Origin: Candidatus Omnitrophota bacterium
Lineage (GTDB): Bacteria; Omnitrophota; Gorgyraeia; Zapsychrales; JANLHA01
Direction of reading: 5' to 3'
Length of the DNA: 64,000 nt
Assembly (NCBI GenBank): GCA_963662715.1
Contig: OY759724.1
Location: 1,946,662 to 2,010,661, forward strand
Part shown: positions 48,296-55,975 of the stretch, one piece after another
How the letters are laid out: each line of letters begins with the position of its first letter
Numbering within the stretch: position 1 is the stretch's first letter
Made by a program: the position numbers and the translations under genes
Notes under the pieces: model-generated
Seen by the model: the letters and a program-made list of their open reading frames with translations, nothing else
What the model was told of the DNA's origin: nothing
Database searches by the model: none

Positions 48296-49894
48296 ATGAC
48301 CCGGCTATTTATCAGTTTCCCAATGTTCCGCGGTGTTTTTCTGGGTGTGCTTCTGTCTCTGTTGTGCATCCTGAAGAAGGAATGCTTTGTCCGTATTCAG
48401 CTAATAAGAAAGATTCTTCTTGCGGCCCTTGCTTATTTAGCCATCCCTTCTCTGTTGTTTTGTTTTTCTTTGCCTCTCCCGCTTCCTCATCGCAGCGCGC
48501 TTTGTCTTCTGGTCATGTACTGCTTCTTTTCTTCCGTCCGGAAAATTAAGAACCACAGAACTTTCCCGCCGTGTGATTACGAATATAAAATAAGGCTCGA
48601 TTTTTTCCTCATGGGTATTTTGTTATTGGCGTTGAATCAAGGGGCTATCTTTTTTGACCTCAGTGTGGTGGGGGACTGGCATAAACATCGCAGTGTTTTG
48701 ATGAGCCTGTACGAGAATCCCTGGGACCCCTTGTTATGTACAGGCTTTGATTGCTCCGCCCAGGTCGCTCCGGGCATGCATCTGGTTTATTATTACGCCA
48801 TGTATCTTCCCGGCGTGTACGTTTGCAAATTGTTGGGAGGAATGGTTTCGTCTTTGGCCGGGCCGTCCCTTTGGAGTATCCTGTCGGTGTCTTTCCTGAT
48901 CTGGAATCTTTTGGGGATGATGATTGTTTTTCTCCTGTTGCCTGTCGTGTGTCAGGTCCTGTTTAAAACAAAAGACAGGGTGTCCTGGGGGATTTTTTAT
49001 CCTGTCTTAATATTTTTCGCGGGCATGGATTATTGGTTCATCTGGATTCACAAGAAAACCTGGCTGATCGGTCATGCCGAATGGGGGGCGACGGCCTATA
49101 ATGCGCAGATGAGTTCTTTTATCAGTATGTGGTCATGGGTCCCTCATCAGCTTGTTGTCGGGTTCTTAGGGATATCCCTGCTGATCTTGTTCAGCCGGAA
49201 TTTTTCTTTGTTCCCTTTCTGTTTGTGGACTGTTTTCCTGCTGTCCGGGGCCAGTCTGGCCTGGATCGGCAGCATTCCGATATTGGTTTATTTTCTTGTC
49301 GTCCGGTTCCTGGACATCCGTCAGGAATTGTCCTGGGGCTGTCTGCGGAATATTTTTGCCGCGAACCTGATAAACATCCTGGCCGGACTTTTTATAACGA
49401 TGACCATTTTTCTGTTTTACAGCACGAAGGTGGAGGCCGAGGGATTTGATATCTTATTAAAGAGGACAACGGTGGGGGATTTCCTGCTGTTTCATTTTAT
49501 CGAATTTTATCCGACGTTTATGCTGGTTGTCGCGTATCGTCTGTTGCGCCGGACTGTCCCGCCCATTCTAGGGTTTTTATTCGGATGGATTGTCTTTATT
49601 GCCATGTTTCACGGCGGCAACTGGAATGATCTGGTGATGCGGGGAAGCCTGCCGGCGTTGTCTGTTATTATGATTTTCTGTGCTTATGCCGTTCAGGCCG
49701 TGATTCAGAAAAAACGGACCGCATCCCTTATTTTAGTGCTGCTTGTGCTCCTGCTGACCTTCCCTTTATTTTTAAATGAATATTTTGTCGCTTTGGAGGG
49801 GATGCATCCTCAGCTGGAGGAAGGCTACGCTGTTTATATGCAGTATGCCGGAGACGGCCGTGTCCGGGGGGTTTGGAAACTGTTTAACCTGTAA
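48296..49894 (+). CDS. polytopic membrane protein (532 aa), hypothetical (possible polymerase/ligase or GT-C)
   Basis: 12 or more TM helices and no recognisable motif. Confidence 0.4.
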   Translation: MTRLFISFPMFRGVFLGVLLSLLCILKKECFVRIQLIRKILLAALAYLAIPSLLFCFSLPLPLPHRSALCLLVMYCFFSSVRKIKNHRTFPPCDYEYKIRLDFFLMGILLLALNQGAIFFDLSVVGDWHKHRSVLMSLYENPWDPLLCTGFDCSAQVAPGMHLVYYYAMYLPGVYVCKLLGGMVSSLAGPSLWSILSVSFLIWNLLGMMIVFLLLPVVCQVLFKTKDRVSWGIFYPVLIFFAGMDYWFIWIHKKTWLIGHAEWGATAYNAQMSSFISMWSWVPHQLVVGFLGISLLILFSRNFSLFPFCLWTVFLLSGASLAWIGSIPILVYFLVVRFLDIRQELSWGCLRNIFAANLINILAGLFITMTIFLFYSTKVEAEGFDILLKRTTVGDFLLFHFIEFYPTFMLVVAYRLLRRTVPPILGFLFGWIVFIAMFHGGNWNDLVMRGSLPALSVIMIFCAYAVQAVIQKKRTASLILVLLVLLLTFPLFLNEYFVALEGMHPQLEEGYAVYMQYAGDGRVRGVWKLFNL

Positions 49895-49960
49895 TGTGCT
49901 CCCCTTGCGGTGCAGAACCCTGAGATTGAAATCTGATGAGCGGGAGGTTGAAATCAACGC

Positions 49961-50998
49961 TCACATGAATTTTTTCACCAGCCCCAAAAGCCCTTGCTTC
50001 CAGGCCGCTGTGTGGGTGATCCCTGCTTTACGGCTTTTGATGTCCTGATAATTCTCCAAATACCAGGCATAGGTCTTGATAAGAATCTGTGCGTTGGAAT
50101 AGCGCGGGGACCATTTCAGGGTGTTTTTAAGTTTGTCAATGGAGACATAGGAATCTTTATCCGCGGTATCGTAAACCCATTGATAAAGAGGAGAGAGCCG
50201 GATAGCTTCCAGGAAACGCAAGAAACCTTTAATTGTGTTCGCTGAAGTGGGGAAGAGGGTGGAGCCCGATTCCGCAAAATGGAATAAGGCTTCCAGGTCA
50301 TCCTGGACCGTGCTGAATTTTTCTGCCGCGACATTAAAGACGTCGTTGAACGCTGCGTCCTGTTTCTGAACAAAAAGCGCGATGACGTCAACCAGATCAT
50401 CGACCGCCAAAAGCTGGTAGGAGTTCTGTCCGTCTCCGATAACCGGAATCTTCTTGCCGTCATGCACCCAGTCAAAAAGGATTTCAAAGACGCCCAGCCG
50501 GCCGGTGCCTAAAAATGTCTTTGGCCGTAAAATCGTTACGTTAAGGCCTTTTTTTATATATCCAAGACACAGTTCTTCTGCGGCGATTTTGGATTCGCCG
50601 TAAGGCCCGACGCCCATTAACCGGTCGCTTTCTAGAATGGGATGTTTTTCCGGAATGCCGTAGACAGCCGTCGAAGAGATATAAATCACTCTCTGAACAT
50701 GGTGGGTATGCGCGGCATCCAGGATGTATTTTGTCCCGCTGACATTGGTGGAAAAAATATCCGCTTTTTTCCAGAGGGGGAGCGCCGCAGCGGCATGAAT
50801 AACGATATCCATCCCTCTGACAAGCTCCGGGATGTTTTCTTCCTGCCGGATATCCCTGCGGATAAAACGGCAGGATTTTTTTAAAGGATTGTCGACCGAA
50901 GCGATATCCACCAGCGTGAGTTTATGATTTTGTTTAAGCAGGGAATGCGCACAGTGTGTGCCCAGGAAACCGGCTGCGCCTGTAATGAGAATATTCAT
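49961..50998 (-). CDS. NAD-dependent epimerase/dehydratase (SDR, extended family)
   Basis: 'MNILITGAAGFLG' Rossmann motif and 'YGESK' catalytic YxxxK. It is the only minus-strand gene in the locus. Confidence 0.8.
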   Translation of the reverse strand: MNILITGAAGFLGTHCAHSLLKQNHKLTLVDIASVDNPLKKSCRFIRRDIRQEENIPELVRGMDIVIHAAAALPLWKKADIFSTNVSGTKYILDAAHTHHVQRVIYISSTAVYGIPEKHPILESDRLMGVGPYGESKIAAEELCLGYIKKGLNVTILRPKTFLGTGRLGVFEILFDWVHDGKKIPVIGDGQNSYQLLAVDDLVDVIALFVQKQDAAFNDVFNVAAEKFSTVQDDLEALFHFAESGSTLFPTSANTIKGFLRFLEAIRLSPLYQWVYDTADKDSYVSIDKLKNTLKWSPRYSNAQILIKTYAWYLENYQDIKSRKAGITHTAAWKQGLLGLVKKFM

Positions 50999-51128
50999 GG
51001 AGGCCCCTTCTTTAAAAATGAGAGAAAAAAGATATTTTTGTTCCGTTCAGGAAATTAGTGTTTTATTATATCACAGAGGAAAAGTCTTCCCAAAAGCCAA
51101 ACGAGGTAATTTGTCGGTTAAAAAATAA

Positions 51129-53228
51129 ATGAATCCTATCCTGATAAATTTAGGTCTTATCGTTTTTGCCTGGTTCATGACGCTCATTCTTCAGCTGTTC
51201 GCTGTCCCGGTGATCGTCGTGAAGCTCCGGAACGTGTTGTTCGACGCCGGATGGGCTTTCGGCCGGCTGGTGTCCTGGTTAAGCCTTGGCCTGCCGATAT
51301 GGTTTTTAGCCCATTTCCAATGCCCTGTGAATAATCAGCCCGGGCTGTTTATCGTTTTTTTCCTTTGGGCGGCTTTGAGCTGGAGAACTTTTCATAAGAA
51401 TAAGGATGAAATAGTGCTTTATCTGCAGGAAAAGTGGCCCTGGCTCCTTGCAGAAGAAGTTGTTTTCGCGTTTGGCTTTTTCTTTTTCAGCCTCATGCGG
51501 GGTTTTGCTCCTGATATCCTTGATTTAGAGAAGTTCATGGACATGGGCCTGATGGCCTCTTATCTCCGCGCTGACACTTTCCCGGTTTTGGATATGTGGT
51601 TTGCCGGAGAAACCATGAACTATTATACATTCGGGCATTTTTTGGGTTCCATCATGACGAGGTTCTGGTCGGTGCCTTTACATTACAGCTATAATTTATT
51701 ATTGGGCCTTGTGTTCGGCCTGACAATGGTCCACAGCTTTGGTTTTGTTTTGAACCTTTTACAGAGAAGCGGGGATGAAACAGCCCCGCCCCTGGGCCCG
51801 CTGGTCTGGGGAGGGGCTGTCGGGGCTTTTTTGATTGTTTTTGCCGGGAACAGCCATGCGATTTGGTACGGGATCAAAAACCACGGCTGGCAGGGATATT
51901 GGTATCCGGACGCGACGCGATTTATTCCCTACACGATTCATGAATTCCCGGCGTATTCATTTATTGTCAGTGACCTGCATGCCCATGTCTGGAATTTCCC
52001 CCTGGTGATCGCCTTATTGACAGCGATTTTTTTGTGGTACCGCGCGGTATTGATTTCCGAACAGCCGAGACGGATTTATCTTCGGGCTTTTTTTGTGAGT
52101 TTGATGTTCAGCATCTGTTTTATGACCAGCGCCTGGGACGGGGGTATCTATGCGCTACTTTTAGGTGTTTGCGGAGTGAGCCTGCTGATGTTTTATCCGA
52201 AACGTTTCCGGCATATTGCCGCTTCTCTGGGGCTCATGGGGTGTCTGTCGGCCTTGATTTCTTCAGCCTGGTGGTTGCATTTCCGTCCTATTTCCGAAGG
52301 GGTCGGGATAGTGGAAACCAGTACTCATTTCTGGCAAATGTTGATTGTCTGGGGCGGGTTAGGCCTCGGGAGTTTTTTGGCTTTCAGCATCGCTGACCAT
52401 CAAAACAGACATTTGATTTATATGGCCCATGTCGTTAAAAGAAGAAAGCAGGCTGTCTTAGGTCTTGTGATGGCGCTTATTGCGGCGGCCTGGATTCTCA
52501 TATTGCTCCCGGAACTTATTTATGTCAAAGACATTTATCCGAATCATCCCCGGGCCAACACGATGTTTAAATTTACTCTGCAGAGCTATATCTTTATGTG
52601 CCTCTCAACAGGCTGGGCTTCGGGTTTTATTTGGCTGAAAGAGTTTCTGCCGCATAATAAATACCGCTTATGGATCAGGGGTTTTTTGTCATTCGTTCTT
52701 ATTGTTGTTGTTTCTTCGCTTTTAATTTATCCGTATTTCGGCTATCGGGACAGATACGGTCAGTTGAAAAATTTTAAAGGACTCGACGGATTAACCTGGC
52801 TTAAAGAAAAATATCCTGATGATTATGCGGCTGTCTTATGGCTGAATCAAAATGTCTCCGGACAGGCTGTTATATTAGAGGCGGTGGGCACCAGCTATTC
52901 TGAATTCAGCCGGATATCGGCTTTTACCGGCCTTCCGACGGTCGTTGGCTGGCCGGTCCATGAATGGTTGTGGCGGGGTTCATACGATATCCCGGGTTCA
53001 CGCATCGAAGAAGTCAGGAGGATGTACGAGAACCCGGTCTCTTATAATTCGGCCATGTCTTTTGAAAAGTACCTGGTGGATTATATATTTGTGGGAGCCA
53101 AGGAGCGGGAGGCCTATCCTGAGCTTAAAGAAAGGCAGCTCCGGGCGTTAGGAAAGGTGATTTTTGAACAGGGAGACACGTTGGTCGTTAAACGTAATAT
53201 AAGCCCTGCGATGTATCCGATTTATTAA
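51129..53228 (+). CDS. large polytopic membrane protein (699 aa), DUF2298/GT-C-like
   Basis: About 14 TM helices with a C-terminal soluble domain. The pattern resembles predicted GT-C families. Confidence 0.4.
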   Translation: MNPILINLGLIVFAWFMTLILQLFAVPVIVVKLRNVLFDAGWAFGRLVSWLSLGLPIWFLAHFQCPVNNQPGLFIVFFLWAALSWRTFHKNKDEIVLYLQEKWPWLLAEEVVFAFGFFFFSLMRGFAPDILDLEKFMDMGLMASYLRADTFPVLDMWFAGETMNYYTFGHFLGSIMTRFWSVPLHYSYNLLLGLVFGLTMVHSFGFVLNLLQRSGDETAPPLGPLVWGGAVGAFLIVFAGNSHAIWYGIKNHGWQGYWYPDATRFIPYTIHEFPAYSFIVSDLHAHVWNFPLVIALLTAIFLWYRAVLISEQPRRIYLRAFFVSLMFSICFMTSAWDGGIYALLLGVCGVSLLMFYPKRFRHIAASLGLMGCLSALISSAWWLHFRPISEGVGIVETSTHFWQMLIVWGGLGLGSFLAFSIADHQNRHLIYMAHVVKRRKQAVLGLVMALIAAAWILILLPELIYVKDIYPNHPRANTMFKFTLQSYIFMCLSTGWASGFIWLKEFLPHNKYRLWIRGFLSFVLIVVVSSLLIYPYFGYRDRYGQLKNFKGLDGLTWLKEKYPDDYAAVLWLNQNVSGQAVILEAVGTSYSEFSRISAFTGLPTVVGWPVHEWLWRGSYDIPGSRIEEVRRMYENPVSYNSAMSFEKYLVDYIFVGAKEREAYPELKERQLRALGKVIFEQGDTLVVKRNISPAMYPIY

Positions 53229-53253
53229 TTATTTTTTGTCGGGGAGGGGAATT

Positions 53254-53691
53254 ATGAAAAGAATAACTAAGATGACCAGAGATGAAAAAAATTTGTATAA
53301 ACGGTATCTTCTTTGGTGTTATAAGACGACCCGCGAATCCCTGGAAAGGATTGACAGGAAATTTACGCAGTTGGATATCGATAAGTTTGTCTATGACGAT
53401 ATCTGCAAATGTCCTGAACTGCGAGACAAGTCTAAAGAGAAAAAATATCAAGGGAAACTTGTTGAATTTAAGCAGTATATAACGCATAAAGAGAAAAGTG
53501 CTTATGTTGAAAAATTTGAACGGGGCAAGATCCCGGAGTTAAAAGCAGATTACTGGTATTGGGATAAACGATTAAAAGCCATTAAAAAAGCCGTAAGACA
53601 TTTCTTGGGGGCAAGAGCTTTAACCCAAATTGAGCGAGCTTATGAAGAGGAAATGGAGCGGCGTATTTTGGCGGCACGGGAGCATTCCTGA
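53254..53691 (+). CDS. hypothetical soluble protein (about 145 aa), basic
   Basis: GGGGAGGGG RBS 5 nt before the ATG at 53254. No motif. Confidence 0.4.
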   Translation: MKRITKMTRDEKNLYKRYLLWCYKTTRESLERIDRKFTQLDIDKFVYDDICKCPELRDKSKEKKYQGKLVEFKQYITHKEKSAYVEKFERGKIPELKADYWYWDKRLKAIKKAVRHFLGARALTQIERAYEEEMERRILAAREHS

Positions 53692-53821
53692 AAAAATATT
53701 TTAACAATGGACGTTTTAATTTGTTTGTTATTTTGTAAATTATTGCAATTAAATATTTTACGGCTAGACAATTTGTTAAGACTTCTTCAATTCAGATAAA
53801 AATATGTTATAATATAACTAA

Positions 53822-54061
53822 ATGAAGAAAGAAATGCTGAAGAAATTATTTAACAAGAAAGCCCAGCAGACAGTTGAGTTTTTGTTGGTGTTTACGGTTG
53901 TCGTCGTGGTTATTTTTGTCTTTATGAGGCCAGGCGGTGAATTTCAGACCGAATACCCCAGGGCTCTTAATGCCCCTGTTCAAAGTATGGTCGAAGTTGC
54001 CGATATGGTTTGGGGAGACGCAACCGGAACATTGCAGGTCTCCTCTCCGGGCCCTCCGTGA
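53822..54061 (+). CDS. Flp/type-IV-pilin-like prepilin (class III signal peptide), 79 aa
   Basis: 'NKKA|QQTVEFLLVFTVVVVVIFVF': basic leader, a Glu at +5 and an aromatic at +6 after the putative cleavage site, then a hydrophobic helix. The size is Flp-like. An alternative start is at 53834, preceded by a GAAAGAA RBS. Confidence 0.5.
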   Translation: MKKEMLKKLFNKKAQQTVEFLLVFTVVVVVIFVFMRPGGEFQTEYPRALNAPVQSMVEVADMVWGDATGTLQVSSPGPP

Positions 54062-54380
54062 TCCGTATCCTTTTATTCCCGTAGAATTTTACACTGCCTT
54101 TTTACATAATAATACTTTTGAGAGCAGGCTTTTATCCTTATTAGGCCTTATAAAGGCCTTGTGTTTGCTGTCTCATACATATCAAAAAATCCGTTATTGG
54201 GGCGTTTCCCGTATAATAAAAGCGATTCGGGCCTATGCACGCATCATTTTATTGGTTTATGGCTTATGCCCAAGTTATTAGGTAAATCCAGAGAGAAATA
54301 CAAAATTTTTTATTGATTTTTGAAAATTATGTTATACTAATATTAAATTATCTCTATAAAAATTGATACTTCATTAAACC

Positions 54381-55694
54381 ATGAAAGTTGTTAATAAAAA
54401 AGCCCAACAAATCATAGAGTACCTTTTGCTTGTTGCTGTTGTGGTTGTTGGAATCTTGTCTTTTGTCGGGCCTTTCGGGCCTTTTCGTCCTGCGGTAGAG
54501 GACTCCATAAAACAGTCTTTAGCGCAGATTAATGCTGAAACAGCAAAACACTGCAGTGATCCCAGCTGTTTCTCCGTAATCGCCTGCCCGGATGCCCTTT
54601 TCTGCCAGCTGGCTTATATGGGTGATGTCGGCGCGTGTCAGCAGTGTGAAGCCTGTTGGCCTTGTTGCGGCGACGGGACCTGTGGTGCAGGGGAAGACAG
54701 TGGTAGCTGCCCGGAGGATTGTATCGCCTGCGGGGATCCCGCCTATGACTGCTCGACGCAAGCCAATTGTGCGGCCTGTGCAGCCTGTTCTCCCTGCTGC
54801 GGAGATGGTGTTTGCGATGCCGGGGAAACGGCACTTTCTTGTCCTGTTGATGGCTGTGCCGCTGCCTGCGGGGAACCGGGTTTTGACTGTGTCGCTGGCT
54901 GCGGCAGTTGTGCGGCCTGTTCTCCATGCTGCGGAGACGGCGTTTGTAATGAAGACCCGGCGTCATGTGTCGCAGACTGTCCTATAGGCTGCGGTCATCC
55001 TTCGTATGATTGTAGTATTCCGGCAAATTGCGCCTCATGCGGTTATTGCCAGCCCTGCTGCGGTGATTCCCAATGTACCTCGGGGGTTGAGACTTATTGC
55101 GGGACAGGCGGGACAGATGCCTGTACATTGGATTGTACCGCTGACTGTCCTAATGGTGTTTGTGATGACTGTGCCGGAGAGAACTCGACGAACTGTCCGG
55201 AAGATTGCGGGGCGCTGTGCGGGGATGGCACGTGTGATTATCCGGGGACGGAAGACTGTGACGCCTGCTATCAGGACTGCGGATATTGCAGCTGGTGGAC
55301 CGGTGCCTGGGGGGCTTGTCTCGGTGACTGCACGATCCCTTCCTGTATTCAAACGAGAACGGTCGAATGCCGGGATTTCGGTTCCAACAGCGTTCTTTTC
55401 GGATACTGTGAAGCCTCTGGAGAACCTGAGCCGACCCAGACATGTACTTGCCCTACTTGTACGCCGACGCCGACCCCAACGCCGACGCCAACCTCAACCC
55501 CGACTCCGACAGTGACGCCGACCCCGACGGAAACTCCGACTCCGACGCCGACTCCGACAGTGACGCCGACCCCGACAGTGACGCCGACGCCGACGATTAC
55601 CCCGACCCCGACAGATACCCCGACGCCGACCCCAACGCCGACGATTACCCCGACCCCGACAGATACCCCGACGCCGACCCCAACGCCCGGCTGA
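54381..55694 (+). CDS. pilin-like secreted/surface protein: class III signal peptide, tandem Cys-rich repeats and a C-terminal Pro-Thr tail
   Basis: The N-terminal 'NKKA|[18 protein letters not shown]' is paralogous to the 79-aa gene. Aa 86-216 hold three repeats of about 43 aa (CxxCxxCxPCCGDGxC...E...CPxDC...CG.P.YDC...AN) plus a degenerate fourth. The last 85 aa are (PT)n. Confidence 0.6.
   Translation: MKVVNKKAQQIIEYLLLVAVVVVGILSFVGPFGPFRPAVEDSIKQSLAQINAETAKHCSDPSCFSVIACPDALFCQLAYMGDVGACQQCEACWPCCGDGTCGAGEDSGSCPEDCIACGDPAYDCSTQANCAACAACSPCCGDGVCDAGETALSCPVDGCAAACGEPGFDCVAGCGSCAACSPCCGDGVCNEDPASCVADCPIGCGHPSYDCSIPANCASCGYCQPCCGDSQCTSGVETYCGTGGTDACTLDCTADCPNGVCDDCAGENSTNCPEDCGALCGDGTCDYPGTEDCDACYQDCGYCSWWTGAWGACLGDCTIPSCIQTRTVECRDFGSNSVLFGYCEASGEPEPTQTCTCPTCTPTPTPTPTPTSTPTPTVTPTPTETPTPTPTPTVTPTPTVTPTPTITPTPTDTPTPTPTPTITPTPTDTPTPTPTPG
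54636..55028 (+). repeat. three tandem repeat units of about 130 nt, encoding the Cys-rich repeats
   Basis: The units share near-identical stretches such as tgtgcggcctgt...tgttctccatgctgcggagacggcgtttg. Confidence 0.5.
55593..55688 (+). repeat. exact 2 x 48-nt tandem duplication within the Pro-Thr-coding tail
   Basis: acgattaccccgaccccgacagataccccgacgccgaccccaacgcc(g/c) occurs twice back to back, encoding [16 protein letters not shown] twice. Confidence 0.8.
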
Positions 55695-55975
55695 TGCCTG
55701 AATCCTGTTATTCTTAGAATATCCCTTTTTGTCCGTAAGCGGGGTTCTTTCTTCTCGTGAGACTCGGGGAAAGAGGCATTTTTGTTTTGCAAGCCTTTAC
55801 GTCATTCACTTCTTTTCTTGCAAAACTTAATGAATATATTAAAATATTAAAAGTTGTCTCTGGATTTTTTTCGGTATAAAGGTCTGTCGCCCGGGATAAT
55901 ATCTTTTCTGCAGACAGGATGAGCCTGTCTGCAAAATTTGTTTATGAAGAGGCTGAATAACGTATTGTATTAAGA

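Noticed and set aside
53937-54281. 114-aa plus-strand ORF overlapping the 79-aa pilin-like gene and the following intergenic region
   Set aside because: It is in a different frame from the pilin-like ORF, has no RBS or recognisable features, and runs through AT-rich promoter-like DNA. It is most likely spurious.
55447-55690. CRISPR-like or minisatellite interpretation of the short direct repeats
   Set aside because: The repeats are in-frame codon repeats inside a CDS, with no spacer-repeat organisation and no cas genes. I found no CRISPR array anywhere in the window.
54519-55792. Several alternative-frame and antisense ORFs (80-169 aa) across the Cys-rich/PT gene, including a minus-strand '(GV)n' ORF
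   Set aside because: They arise from the repetitive GC-rich Cys/Pro/Thr codons (ACG CCG repeats read as GVGV on the complement). The plus-strand frame carrying the signal peptide and regular Cys spacing is the coherent one.
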